From Squatina squatina (lineage: Eukaryota), in NCBI GenBank assembly GCA_031763465.1, contig JARFOE010000008.1, positions 31,115 through 95,114 on the forward strand: a stretch of 64,000 nt of DNA. The letters run 5' to 3'. A program made the position numbers and the translations under genes. Positions 1 through 13,205 of this stretch are shown piece after piece (position 1 is the first letter of the stretch; each line of letters begins with the position of its first letter). The notes under the pieces are model-generated. The model ran no database searches. It was not told the origin of the DNA and saw only the letters and a list, made by a program, of their open reading frames with translations.

Positions 1-526
1 CCATTCTCTCCCATTGCAAATTCAAAATCGGAAGATTATGGATCGCTAAATAAACAATTACATTTATAAAATCATGAGATAGAATTTAAACTGCATTTTA
101 ATTGCAAACCACGGAATGAGCCGGTGCTCGACATTTTGCTCAAATTACCTGGAGAGTTTATTCTTTAAATCTGTTCAACTGTTATTTCGGCAACATCAGA
201 GATCATCACTCTTATATCAGGGATCTAATGATCACTCCGACAACAGACAGGATCATTTGTTAATTCCTTTGTTCACTGATCCGTGACGGCAAGCAAATGG
301 AGTCATTAAAACTAATGAGTTCTAAAGAACGGATACCCCTGGAATAAAACAAACGCATTAACACTCATGTGCTTTATGTTCAGAATGAACAGGCAAGGGT
401 TTCCTTCCCACCTTGGTCTCCAAAAGCGGAAGCATTCCTCTATAAAGACACTGACTATGGCCCAGCCGGGGGTGTTTCCCTTCGCTGGCAGCCAGCTACC
501 ACCAATCAATCTCATAGCATCACTGG

Positions 527-545
527 TGACATAAGGAAGTGAGGT
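527..545 (+). promoter_or_regulatory. Candidate V-segment promoter (CRE-like TGACATAA next to ETS GGAAGT)
   Basis: TGACATAAGGAAGTGAGGT lies about 100 bp upstream of the leader ATG at 643, with CCAAT at about 502. CRE/ETS motifs are typical of TCR V promoters. Motif match only. Confidence 0.35.
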
Positions 546-642
546 GAGAGCATGCTGAGACATTGCAGCAGATTATTGAGGGTGAGGCTTAGAACGGGTG
601 TCTTCAAATATCCAAGCACTCTTTTATAGGGCGGACAGGATA

Positions 643-688
643 ATGTGGTTACACAGCATCTGGATTGTGATGGGAGCATTTGTGACAG
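643..688 (+). CDS. Leader exon of TCR alpha/delta V segment V1
   Basis: ATG at 643 encodes MWLHSIWIVMGAFVT plus G, followed by a phase-1 donor gtaatt at 689. It splices in frame to the acceptor ttttcag ending at 803. Confidence 0.88.
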
Positions 689-803
689 GTAATTATGGAC
701 CAAACACATTTTATCTATTCTCTCATTTCCCAAACATGGTTTGGATGTGAATTTTAAACACCCGCCGGTCTAATCTACTACTGCTTGAACATGTTTTTTT
801 CAG

Positions 804-1110
804 ATCTGTGTCTTGGAGATTCTGTCACTCAGCTTCAGTCCACAGTAGTTAAGAAAGAAGGAGAAATGGTGACTTTAAGCTGCACCTATGCAACTACATG
901 GACGAGCTATTCTTTGTACTGGTACCGGCAACACCCAGACTCACAGCCCGAGTTTATAATGAGGAAAGTCTCGAACGGATATGAAAATAAAGCAGATTTT
1001 GCTAAAGCCCGATTCTCTGGAGAGCTCGAGACCTCGACAAAATTCACCAGTTTATCCATCTCCGGGCTGCAGCTGACTGACGCTGCAGTTTATTACTGTG
1101 CTCTGAGACT
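804..1110 (+). CDS. TCR alpha/delta V exon V1, apparently functional
   Basis: Encodes DLCLGDSVTQ...LSCTY...WYRQ...RFSGEL...DAAVYYCALR, with both canonical Cys and the Trp, no stops, and an RSS directly after. Confidence 0.93.
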
Positions 1111-1149
1111 CACAGTGATGCAAAACAGTCTCACCTCCGTACAAAAACT
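1111..1149 (+). other. 23-RSS of V1
   Basis: CACAGTG (1111-1117), 23-nt spacer, ACAAAAACT (1141-1149). Confidence 0.95.
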
Positions 1150-1379
1150 GCCATTGGGCTGTAGGTCAGAACTCATGTCTGTTGGGGGTTGTGTGGAATC
1201 GCGGGCAGATGTAGCCACAATGTGCAGCGCGCTGTCAGGCGCTCAGATGCACAGCGAGAGGAAACCAAATTAACCTCGGNNNNNNNNNNNNNNNNNNNNN
1301 NNNNNNNNNNNNNNNNNNNNNNNNNNNNNNNNNNNNNNNNNNNNNNNNNNNNNNNNNNNNNNNNNNNNNNNNNNNNNNN

Positions 1380-1493
1380 CGACTAAATTCACCAGTTTAA
1401 CCATCTCCGGGCTGAAGCTGGCTGAGGCTGCCGTGTATTACTGCGCCCTAAGACTCACAGTGATGGAAAGCAGCCTCGGCCTGTACAAAAACT
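1380..1493 (+). CDS. 3' end of TCR V segment V2 (5' part in gap) with RSS
   Basis: TKFTSLTISGLKLAEAAVYYCALRL, then CACAGTG (1456-1462), 22-nt spacer, ACAAAAACT (1485-1493). Close paralog of V1. Confidence 0.85.
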
Positions 1494-1702
1494 GCCATTG
1501 GACTGTCGAAGATCCTGTCTGCTGGAGTTGAGCATAATCGCTGGCAGATGCAACCACGACGTGCAGCGCACTCTCACGTGCTCAAACACACAGCTAGAGG
1601 AAACCAATATAACGTCGGATCAAACTGTCACCCAACTATTTTCCGGAGCGGCCGAACGAATGAACCGCAGAATCCAATTGGATCAAAGATCGATCGCAGA
1701 AT

Positions 1703-2093
1703 GGTTTGGAATTCAGCAGGTAAAACAGGAACCGAAACCTTCTCCTGCCAGTTGCTTTGTGTCCCAAGACCGTCCCCTTATTGCAAACTGCGGCTCCTTT
1801 TCTGCTTGTTGCCGGTACCAATGTAAATAATACTCATTTGCTGTGGCACGATAGGTACATAAAAAAGTCAGCGCTACACCTTCGCTCCTGCCCACTGAAG
1901 ACTGGGACTGAGTAATAGAATCTCCATCACTCTGATCCGCAACATGTTTTCAGGAAGAAGATAAGACCAAGTGTTAACTGCTGTTAGTGAAATAATATTG
2001 ACACTTTAGTTTGAACAGACATGATTGGACTCATCCTTACCAACAATAAAGACCCCGAACTCAACCCAGGCCCTGATTACCTGTCGGTCCCGT
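1703..2093 (-). pseudogene. Truncated TCR V pseudogene V3
   Basis: DGDSITQSQSSVGRSEG...CTY...WYRQQAEKEPQF...GEGFG, then a frameshift and truncation at about 1703 (no YYC, no RSS). Acceptor is mutated to cgg; the leader (2041-2093) has no ATG. Paralog of the segments at 51392 and 53069. Confidence 0.82.
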
Positions 2094-2495
2094 TAACTGC
2101 CCAAATCTGGTCTGCAGTAGAAGCCGACAGAGGCTCCTATTGGTTCAACATCAATTCCTGGTCTCATTATTCCTTGCACTGATGCTGTGGTCAATCCAGC
2201 CGCCATATATTGAAGTGAGGTTTCTTGGGTCACCTGATGCCGCTTTTGCCCACAGCAAAGGAAAGCTTCAGCTTTGCTGTGGTTTGGGGTTTTATTCAAC
2301 CAGCCCAAATCAATCACTTTATTGACTGCTTATTTATTTTGTGTCGGTGTATAACGGCTGTTCGGGAGCATCAATCATTGGCCTGCACGTTTTGTNNNNN
2401 NNNNNNNNNNNNNNNNNNNNNNNNNNNNNNNNNNNNNNNNNNNNNNNNNNNNNNNNNNNNNNNNNNNNNNNNNNNNNNNNNNNNNNNNNNNNNNN

Positions 2496-2880
2496 CGTCA
2501 GCCGACAAATGGCAGCCCCTCGGCCGGATCGGGCCACCATCGCCTCGGCATGTCAGGCTGGTGGCCCGGTCGCACGTGACCCAGGGTAGCGCGTTCAGGA
2601 TGGCCGGCAGCCCCCCTCTTTAAGGGAGGCCCGGCTGTTCTGATGTCAGCGTGCTGTGCGCTAATGTCAGCGTGCAACGTGCTGACGCAGTGTTTCGGTG
2701 GCGTAGCGCTGAAGCCACTTCACTGCCGTCCGACCCGAGCCGCCCCAGGAGCGTCCACGAGCACGCTGTGTCCCACAGGCAATCCGGAGCAGCGAATACT
2801 GGGAGCGTCGGGGCAGGGCAGGCGCTGCCGGCTCCCACCCTGCATGTGTTTCAAACACGGCGCCAGGCAATTTTGGCCCC
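2496..2880. mobile_element. GC-rich repeat, probably the end of a non-autonomous DNA transposon
   Basis: CpG-rich block ending in AATTTTGGCCCC. Similar GGG-N-AAATT termini recur at about 5514, 7670, 22776 and 53858. Family not determined. Confidence 0.35.
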
Positions 2881-4354
2881 CGAGCCTCGTGGTTTCAAAC
2901 ACCATAATCAAGCTCAGAACAACAGATTGTCTTTCACTGACTTTATTAACATTACTGCAAAAATATAGAGTCTAGTCACTCAATCCGGAGAACAGAGATA
3001 ATACAGTGGATTCAGAGCTCTCTTCTCCCCAGATCTGTTCCAACAAGCTGCAACCACACTGGCAATATTTATATTTAACTTGTTTACCACATTCATGCTG
3101 ACCCTGCTCAAACTATAGCAACAAGGATATCTGTGCATTGTACTGATTGTGACCACAAGGCTGTGTCACTATCACTCACAGACACCGTTTCCTTGTTTTT
3201 ATTTTCCATACAAAGACATCTCTTTGCACATCCCCTTTCTACAAAATTGCAGTCGACATGAGCAAGGACTTGAGGCTCATTAAAAGACACACATTTCATA
3301 ACAGCAAAGGTTACACTGGGAAAAGTGTTAAGTCAGTTTTCATTACAGGCAAATTGCAGAGCAGCTCACTGGCACCTTAACAGAGTCCCATCGACCTATA
3401 ATATAGAGCTGGCAGATTGGGCGATGATCTGTTTACTTGTTCACCTTTTGTTCAATATATTTGCTGAGTGCATTTTGATTGAAAACCTATTCACACATCG
3501 AAGGTATCAGAGATGCTGTGGGGTACACGCTAAGTTACAGATTAACAGACTAGGTTTTGTGTTTATTACTGATACCTTCCCGGGATCCCAAGGCTAGTAG
3601 AAGCACTCTGGAAGACATGGGGAGCTGGGATTTGTCCATGACAGTAACCGAAGGTATAAGAGCTGAAACAGAGTTAGAAAGGAGAAAAGGCCCAAAAATA
3701 GAACAGNNNNNNNNNNNNNNNNNNNNNNNNNNNNNNNNNNNNNNNNNNNNNNNNNNNNNNNNNNNNNNNNNNNNNNNNNNNNNNNNNNNNNNNNNNNNNN
3801 NNNNNNCTTCACTCCATCCACCAGCGTTCTGTATTCCTTGTTATCTTTTCCTTATTGGAAAGCTATTTATCAATATCAACAACGACTTGCAATTATATCT
3901 CACCTTTTACGTAGTGAAATGTCCCAAGGTACTTAATAGGAGCGTTATCGAACAAATTATTTCACCCAGCTACAAAAGGAGATATTAGGACAGATGGTTA
4001 TAAAGGGAATTCCAAGCTTAGGGCCAAGGCAGCTGAATGCATGGCTGCCAATGGTGGAACGAGTCGAACTCGGAATCATCAACAGACTAGAATTGGAGGA
4101 GCGGAGATATCTCAGAGGGTTGTCGTGTCAGTGATCTGAAGTTAATGCAAATGCATTTTGAACGTTTCCCTTTGTTGTTAATTCTCGGAATGTGGACTTC
4201 ACTGGCAAGGTCAGCATTTACTGCCCATCCATTGGTTGCCCCTTGAGAAGCTGGTGGTGAGCCGCTTTCTTCTGAAACCAGTGCAGTGAGGAGTTTTTCC
4301 CATATCACGAGTCACCATTTCCCTTCCCATGTGATTAATTTCAGCACAATGGAA

Positions 4355-4372
4355 TGGCGCCTCCTGCTGGTT
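4355..4372 (-). promoter_or_regulatory. Candidate CTCF site
   Basis: Minus strand reads AACCAGCAGGAGGCGCCA, close to the CTCF core CCASYAGRKGGCRS. About 750 bp downstream of the V4 RSS in the same contig. Confidence 0.45.
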
Positions 4373-5102
4373 ACAGGCAGACATTATTCTTCACGGTTTC
4401 AGCAGATATTTGGGGAAAGGGTTCAGCCACTCCTCTGAGACACAGCAGGCAATATGTTGCCTCGACATGACCAAATATCGCTTTGAATAAAGATGAAGAT
4501 GTTCAGTTTTTGACTCACTCTCACTCACCAGACTGAGGTGGTTGCAGGGGATCGGGTTTAATTAAGCTTCTACCAGGGGCACACAAGGAGAAGATTTCTT
4601 CCAGTCTTTCTGTCGGAATCTCCTCTGAAAGTAGTTTTAGTGAAATCGGAAGCTTATTATTTTAGAATGCGTTCATTGTTTAACTAGAAATATCGACCAG
4701 AAGAAATCTACTGCACAGAGCGGTAAGTTCAGTGCAAACATGAATGTTACAGGAGCATTAAGTTAACGCTCTCGATGAGTTGACACACCACAAACACTCA
4801 GTAAAGTGAGTGATTCAAGCCCGGTGAATATAATCCCACAATTAAGCCCAGCTGAAGCCATCCTCACACCAAAGAGTGCATTCACCGAGGAAGTGGCTCC
4901 ACAGGCCGATACTTTATGCTGTGACTGTTAGTATCTCTGATCAAACCCAATATCAAATGGAAATTATAGATACAAACCTTGTGGTAACACTGGCTGCGGA
5001 AGTTCCGCCCACAGCTTCCGTTTGCTGCTCTCGCTCTGACTCCCATTGCCTGACTTGTGTTATTGGAGAGATTGCTGCAGCTGTAACTGTGAACAGGAGG
5101 GA

Positions 5103-5428
5103 AGTTTAAATACATTCACTGTCACGTTGCCTCTCAGTGTGAGGCTGTATGGCACAGTAATACACCTCGGTATCCGCGCTCTCCGTGCTTGCAATGACCA
5201 ACTGGCCGCGTTTGTCCACAGTGGAAAGATTCATTTCAAGTCAGGCCCTGCTCTCTTTCCCAGCCAATGCTCGCATTATCCAGTCCAGTCCCCGACTGGA
5301 TTTCTGTTTGTACCAGTGCTTGGCGTAAATGCTGGACGTGTCAGAGCTGTAGTTTATCTGCACAGAATCCCCGTTCCGGACTGTTATCGTAGCGGGAGGC
5401 TGCAGCACTCGGTCCGAGAAACACGGAC
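5103..5428 (-). pseudogene. TCR V pseudogene V4 with degenerate 23-RSS
   Basis: Acceptor at 5429. Encodes PCFSDRVLQPP...QINYSS (first Cys lost)...WYKQK...RA*LEMN...DTEVYYCAIQP, with an in-frame TGA at 5241-5243. RSS: CACACTG (5141-5135), 23 nt, ATTTAAACT. Confidence 0.85.
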
Positions 5429-6019
5429 CTGTAAAAACATTCAGATAATAAAACACTGGAGCAACGAGAATAAAAAAATATTGCAGATTATTCAGCTCAG
5501 CTCCTGTAACATTGGGCCTGAAATTGCGATTTGAGGCTTCCTGAGTGCGGCTTCTTCCAATTGGAAAAAAAGTTATGAACTGACCTAAGTGGACTGGAGC
5601 TACGGGAGTTTCCGATCTTCAGCCCCGCTGAGTTGGAAATTCGGAGCGGAGCTGTCTGGGCTCCTCGCAAGAGGTTGGAGAGGTCACATGGGAGGCCGCA
5701 GCCAATCAGGTAGGTGTATCTTTCAATGAAGTTTTGACAGTTCTCAGCGATCNNNNNNNNNNNNNNNNNNNNNNNNNNNNNNNNNNNNNNNNNNNNNNNN
5801 NNNNNNNNNNNNNNNNNNNNNNNNNNNNNNNNNNNNNNNNNNNNNNNNNNNNGCCTGATTTTTCCAAGTATACTGGTGCAGCTTTGGGTAGGAATCTATG
5901 TTTGGGGCTGATCGTCTGCCAGTCTCAATCTTCCAGCCGCCATTTATTTGGATTGAAACTCTGTATTGCACAGAATCAAATCATCGGTTTGATGTCAAAT
6001 CCGATCAAAACAGAGAACC

Positions 6020-6520
6020 GGGGTTAAAGGTAGTTACTCAAATTGTCAAATGGTGGGAAGTGGTGTTCCACAAGGATCGGTGCTGGGACCACTGTTGTTC
6101 ATCATTTACATCAATGATTTGGACTCTGGAATTAGGGGTACTGTTTCAAAATTTACAGATTACACCAAATTGGGGGGTGAAATTTGCAGAATGACGTGTA
6201 ATTGGCAAACGAACTTCAATGTAGATAAGTGTGAGGCAGTACATTTTGGTAGGAAGAATAAGGAGGCTGCACACTCCTTGGAAAATAAGTGTCTAAATGG
6301 AGTAGAGGAACAGAGGGATCTGGCGGTACAGATACACAGATCACTAAAAGTAGCGACACGGGTTAATGAGGCCATAAAAAAAGTAAACAAAGCACTGGGG
6401 TTCATTTCTAGAGGGATAGAATTAAAAAACACAGAAGCTATGTTAAATGTGTATAGAACTTTAGTTGGACCACACAACAATTCTGGTCACCATATTATAC
6501 AAAGGACATTGAGGCATAGA
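6020..6520 (+). mobile_element. CR1-type LINE ORF2 (RT C-terminal) fragment
   Basis: SGVPQGSVLGPLLFIIYINDLD...FTDYTKLGG...FNVDKCEAVHFG...QRDL: degenerate CR1 reverse transcriptase motifs. Confidence 0.85.
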
Positions 6521-8507
6521 ATCATAGAAATTTACAACCCGGAAGGAGGCCATTCGGCCCATTGTGTCCTCATCGGCCGACAAAGAGCTTATCCAGTCTA
6601 ATCCCACTTTCCAGCTCTTAGTCCGTAGCCTTGTAGGTTACTGCACATCAGGTGTACATCCAANNNNNNNNNNNNNNNNNNNNNNNNNNNNNNNNNNNNN
6701 NNNNNNNNNNNNNNNNNNNNNNNNNNNNNNNNNNNNNNNNNNNNNNNNNNNNNNNNNNNNNNNCCAGAATCTATAGAATGTTGGAAAATGATCACCAATG
6801 CATCCACTATTTCTGGGGCTACTTCCTTAAGTACTCTGGGGTGCAGACTATCAGGCCCTGGGAATTTATCTGCAGGGGCAATGCCAAGTGATGTAATGGA
6901 GATGGAAGTTGGTAGCTTCGGTGATGGCACGGATATGTGCTTGGAAGCTCGGATTCAAATACATTGTCACGGTTGCGAACAGTCTGGTTCTGCCTCAGAC
7001 AGTTGACAGGGAGAGGGATGGAGTTGGTGGCTAGGGAACGGGGTTTGTGACGGGGCTGAAGTCAATGGCTTTTGTTATTGTCAATGGTAAACTGATGGCT
7101 TTAGTTTAGTAAAATGGGCACCTTAATCTGTATGAAAGTAGTTCACGATGCTCATCCGCTGTCTATGTCAGAGGCTTAGCCATTTTTCTTAGCACCTGGT
7201 TGCTCACATGATTTTCAGTTAGCTAGATGAAATACTGAAGGTAATCATTTCCCGGTACATCAACATCTGGCGCTGTGAATCACAGAAATCCTGCTTCGAA
7301 CTCCTGGAACTCTTTTTGCAAGCCCCGAATCCTATTCCTCCCTACAGCTGAAACATGACTTCCAACTGACCCCCACCCCTCCATGTTTAAGAGCCCAAAA
7401 ACTAGATCCATATTGCTCTCATTAGACGCAATAACCCCACTTGGAGACTCAGCAAAGCTGCTACTGGTGGAATTCCTGGAATAGCCTAGGAATACCCAGA
7501 GACATGTTCCCAAACACGACCCAAAAACTGCAGGGTTGAGGTGACTGGGGCAGGTCGTGGATGAGGATTTCTTGTGTTGCATGAGCTTGTCCCTCAAATC
7601 CCATGCATAGTACCAAAGTGTCATTCATCAATGTGCTCATGCCACGTCAGTCACATAAGCATGACATTTGGGGGACAAAATTCATATCCTGCTGCACCCC
7701 ATTAGTGCCTCCGAGGGGCGCTAATGGGGCGTAACAGGNNNNNNNNNNNNNNNNNNNNNNNNNNNNNNNNNNNNNNNNNNNNNNNNNNNNNNNNNNNNNN
7801 NNNNNNNNNNNNNNNNNNNNNNNNNNNNNNNNNNNNNNCTTGAGACCAATGTTCCCGATCTTTTTTTTTTGCGTTGTGTGGCCCCTTTAACGGGCTGCGT
7901 GGCCCATTCAATTTCTCGCTCATGCGCGGTTATTTCAATTGTAAAGCCATTGAATGGCCTTCGCAGGGCCTCCAGCCACGCAGCTAAACAGGAATATTGC
8001 TTGAGGCGTGTAAGAAATATGCCCCAGCCTCTCTCTTCCGTGGTTCGGCACGAATATAAGGCTCCTTTACAACTGTGTTTAGAGTCAGGAATAATAATGG
8101 TAAATGCTGGAAACGTGCTGTCAAATCAGAGATTGGTGCAAAACTGCAATCTGTTCCTGACTGAAAGTGAAACGGCAGGTTTAAGTTTCCAGTATAAAAA
8201 TGACTGGTAATTATTCCATGAAGAATTAACATGTTTGTGTGACAGTCCTGAGTTTACCAATTTAAGGCAGGCATTAATCCATCTAAAATAAATCTGTTTA
8301 AAATAAATTGGATAAAGTCTGCATTAAAACAGCAGATGGAGGAGTTTACAGGAGCCTGTTAACTGCTGGTACAATTATACAACAGTCATTTGATCTCCAG
8401 ATAAAGGNNNNNNNNNNNNNNNNNNNNNNNNNNNNNNNNNNNNNNNNNNNNNNNNNNNNNNNNNNNNNNNNNNNNNNNNNNNNNNNNNNNNNNNNNNNNN
8501 NNNNNNN

Positions 8508-11500
8508 TGTGTAACAGACACAGGCACAAAGTCTTGTGTAATATAACCAGAGGCAGGTTCTTGTGTTATATAAACAGTCGCAAAGTCTTCTGTAACGTAA
8601 ACAGAGACAGGGTCTCGTGTAATAAAACCAGAGACAGGGTCTAGTGTAATTTAAACAGAGACAGAGTCTTCTGTCTTCTCCACAGAGAAGCAGTCCACAT
8701 AATGGACAAAGACACAAAGTCTAGCGCAATATAAATAGAGACAGGGTCCAGTATAATATAAATAGAGACAGGGTCGAGTGTAATAGAAACAGAGACAGGT
8801 TCCAGAGTCATCTAAACAGAGATTTTGGGTTATGTAATATAAACAGAGACAGGGTCTTGTGTAATCCAACCAGAGAAAGGGTCTAGTGTAATTTAAACAG
8901 AGACAGGGTCTTCTGTAATATCAACGGAGATGCAGTACACATAATGGAAACAGACACAAAGTCTAGTGTGATATAATTAGAGACAGGGTCTTGTGTAATA
9001 CAACCAGAGACAGGGTCCAGTTTAATATAAACAGAGACAGGGTCTTGTGTAATACAACCAGAGACAGGGTCCAATTTAATATAAACAGAGACAGGGTCTC
9101 CTGCAATATAAACAGAGACAGGGTATTGTGCAATATAAACAGAGACAGTGTCCAGAGTATATAAACAGTGATATTGTCTCATTTAATATAAACAGACACA
9201 AGGTCTTGTGTATTATAAACAGAGACAGAGTCTAGTGTAATATGAACAGAGACAGGGTCTAGTTTAATATAAACAGAGACAGGATCTTGTTTAATATAAA
9301 CAGAGACAGGATGCAGTGTAATATAAACAGGGACATGGTCTTCTGTAATATCAACAGAGAAGGACTACATATAACGGAAACAGACACAATGACTAGCGTG
9401 ATATAACTAAAGTCAGCGTCCAGTATAATATAAACAGAGACAGGGTCGAGTGTAATATAAACGGAGACAGGATCATGTGTAATATAAACAGAGACAGAGT
9501 CTCATGTAATGTAAGCAGACACAGATTCCAGTGTCGTATATACCGAGACAAGGCCGAGTGTAATATAAACAGAGACAGGATCCAGAGTCTTGTAAACCGA
9601 GATATTGTCTCCTGTAGTATAAACAGAGACAGGGTCTTGTGTAATACAACCAGAGACAGGGTCTTGTGTAATATAAATAGAGACAGTGTCCAATGCAGTG
9701 TTAATAGAGAAAGGGTCTATTTTCATGCAACCAGAGACAGAGTCTTGTGTAATATAAACAGAGACAGGATCTATTGTAATAAAACCAGAGACAGAGGCTA
9801 GTGTAATATAAACAGAGACAGGGTCCAGTGTAGTATAATCAAAGACAGGGTCTACTGTGATACAATCAGAGACAGAGTCTCATGTAATAAAAACAGACAC
9901 AGGGTCAAGTGTAATACAACCAGAGACAGAGGCTCGTGTAATGTAAACAGACATAGGGTCTTGTGTATTATATCTGATACAAAGTCCAGCGATATAAACA
10001 GAGACAGGGTCCAGTGTAATATAAACACAGAGAGGATTTTGTGTAATATAAATAGACACAAAGTCCAGCGTGATATAAACAGAGATAGGTTCTTGTGTAT
10101 AACAACCAGAGACAGGATCTAATGTAATAAAACCAGAGACAGCGGCTAGTGTAATATAAACAGAGACAGGGTCCAGTGTAATTTAATCAAAGACAGGTTC
10201 TACTGTGATACATTCAGAGACAGAGTCTCATGTAATAACAACAGACACAGGGTCTANNNNNNNNNNNNNNNNNNNNNNNNNNNNNNNNNNNNNNNNNNNN
10301 NNNNNNNNNNNNNNNNNNNNNNNNNNNNNNNNNNNNNNNNNNNNNNNNNNNNNNNNCAGTGTATTATAAATAGAGACAGGGTTTAGTATAATATAAACAG
10401 ACTCGGTGTCTGGTTTAATATAAACACAGACAGAGTCCAGTGTAAAATAACAGAGACAGGGCCTGGTTTGGTATAACCAGAGACATGCTCCAGTGTAATA
10501 TAAACTGTGACAGGGTTTTGTGTAATGTGAACAGATACAGGGTTGAGTGTGATACAAACAGAGGCACAGCGTAGTGTAATATAAACAGAGACAGGGTCTA
10601 GTGTAATATAAACAGAGACTGGGTCCAGTGTAATATAAACAGACACAGGGTCAAGTGTAATATAAACAGAGACTGGGTCCAGTGTAATATAAACAGAGAC
10701 AGAGTCTAGTGTAATATAAACAAACACAGGGTCTAGCGTAAAATAAACAGAAACTAGGTCCAGTGTAATATAAACAAAGACTGGGTCCAGTGTAATATAA
10801 ACAGAGACAGGGTCTAGTGTAATATAAACTGAGACAGGATTGAGTATAATATTAACTGATATAGGGTCCACTGGAATATAAAATGAGACAGGGTCTAGTG
10901 CAACAAACTGAGACAGAGTTTAGTACAACAAACTAAGAAAATGTCTTGTGTAATATAAACAGAGACAGGGTCCAGTGTAATATAAACAGAGACAGAGTCC
11001 AGTCTAATATTAATAGAGACAGGGTCCAGTGTAATATAAACTGAGAGAGGGCCTTGTGTATTATAAACAGAGACAGGGACCAGTGTATTATAAATAGAGA
11101 CAGGGTTTAGTATAATATAAACAGACTCGGTGTCTGGTTTAATATAAACACAGACAGGGTCCAGTGTAAAATAACAGAGACAGGACCTGGTGTAGTATAA
11201 ACAGAGACATGCTCCAGTGACAGGGTCTTGTGTAATGTGAACAGATACAGGGTTGAGTGTGATAGAAACAGAGGCATAGCGTAGTGTAATATAAACAGAG
11301 ACAGGGTCTAGTGTAATATAAACAGAGTCATGGTCTAATGTAATATAAACAGAGACTGGGTCAAGTGCATTGATAATTGAAACAGGGTCTTGTATAATAT
11401 AAACAGAGACAGAGTTTGTGTAATATAAACAGAGACAGGATCTAGTGGAATATTAACCGAGATAGGGTCTCGTGAAATATAAACAGAGACAGGGTCTAGT

Positions 11501-12779
11501 GGAATATTAACCGAGATAGGGTCTCGTGTAATATAAACAGAGACAGGGTCTAGTGTAATATAAACAGAGACAGGTTCTAGTGTAATATAAACAGAGACAG
11601 GGCCTAGTGCAATATAAACTGAAACAGGGTCTCGTATAATATAAACTGAGGCAGGGTCTAGTGTAAAATAAATAGAGACAGTGTCTAGTGTAATATAAAC
11701 AGAGACAGGGTCAAGTTTAATACAAACAGAGACAGTTTCTAGTGTAATATTAACAGAGATGGGGTCTCGCGTAATATAATCTAAGAGATGGCCTCGTGTA
11801 ATATAAGCAGAGAAAAGGTCTAGTGTAATATAAACAGAGACAGGGCCTAGTGCAATATAAACTGAAAAAGGGTCTCATATAATATAAACTGAGGCAGGGT
11901 CTGGTATAAACTAAACAGAGACAGGGTCTAGTGTAATATAAACAGAGACAGGGACTTGAGTAATATAAGGAGACTGGGTCAAGTGCATTAATAATTGACA
12001 CAGGTTCGAGTATAATATAAACAGACAGGGTCTGGTGTAATACAGAGAGAGACAGGGTCTAGTGTAATATAAACAGAGACAGGGTCCAGTGTAATATAAA
12101 CAGAGACTGGGCCAAGTGCATTAATAATTGAAACAGGGTCTCATAATTATAAACCGAGACAGGGTCCAGTGTAATATAAACAGAGGCAGGGTCCAGTATA
12201 ATATAAACAGAGACAGGGTCCAGTGGAATATAAACCGAGACAGTGTCTAGTGGAATATAAACAGAGACAGGATCTAGTGTAATATAAACAGAGACGGGGT
12301 CCAGTGTAATATAAACAGAGACTGGGCCAAGTGCATTAATAATTGAAACAGGGTCTCGTAAATATAAACCGAGACAGGGTCCAGTGTAATATAAACAGAG
12401 GCAGGGTCCAGTATAATATAAACAGAGATAGGGTCCAGTGGAATATAAACAGAGACAGTGTCTAGTGGAATATAAACAGAGACAGGATCTAGTCGAATAT
12501 AAACAGAGACAGGATCTAGTCGAATATAAACAGAGACAGGGTCCAGTATAATATAAAATGAGGCAGGGTCCAGTATAATATAAACAGAGGCAGGGTCTAG
12601 TGGAATATAAACAGAGACAGGATCTAGTGTAATATAAACAGAGGCAGGCTCCAGTATAATATAAACAGAGACAGGGTCTAGTGGAATACAAACTGAGACA
12701 GGGTCTAGTGGAATATAAACAGAGACAGGATCTAGTCGAATATAAACAGAGACAGGATCTAGTCGAATATAAACAGAGA
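8508..12779. repeat. 27-bp tandem satellite (AAACAGAGACAGGGTCTAGTGTAATAT)n
   Basis: Well over 100 diverged copies, interrupted by a gap at 10257-10356. It produces spurious ITLDPVSVY / YYTRPCLCL ORFs. Confidence 0.95.
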
Positions 12780-13205
12780 NNNNNNNNNNNNNNNNNNNNN
12801 NNNNNNNNNNNNNNNNNNNNNNNNNNNNNNNNNNNNNNNNNNNNNNNNNNNNNNNNNNNNNNNNNNNNNNNNNNNNNNNTTCTCACTTATAGGATGCCAT
12901 CATTTCCAGTAATTTAATAACGTTCATCATATCCATCCATTTACAGGATTCAGTTTCCCTCTCTGATCTATGCAATTCTGCATCTTGGCACCTCAGGGAT
13001 CTTTCGTACTACTGGCTTCCAAAGATTTCAGAGAGGAACTTCACCCAGTCTGAATCAGTAAGACAGGAATAACGTGATTGAGACCCAACTGAGAACTTCA
13101 GCAAATCATAATCTTACTGGAGAGTCTCAACTGTTTTTGGACAATATCGACTTATTACTCCCACATTTGTCAACGGTTGCTCTTTATTAATTGACGTAAC
13201 ACCAA

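Noticed and set aside
1216-1255. CACAATG heptamer-like motif in the conserved post-RSS flank
   Set aside because: No nonamer at a valid spacing, and the heptamer is not conserved in V2 or V8.
8346-12917. Many Cys/Tyr-rich or ITLDPVSVY-repeat ORFs (also at 30291-33404 and 36570-38219)
   Set aside because: These are translations of a 27-bp satellite whose unit length is divisible by 3; there is no gene structure.
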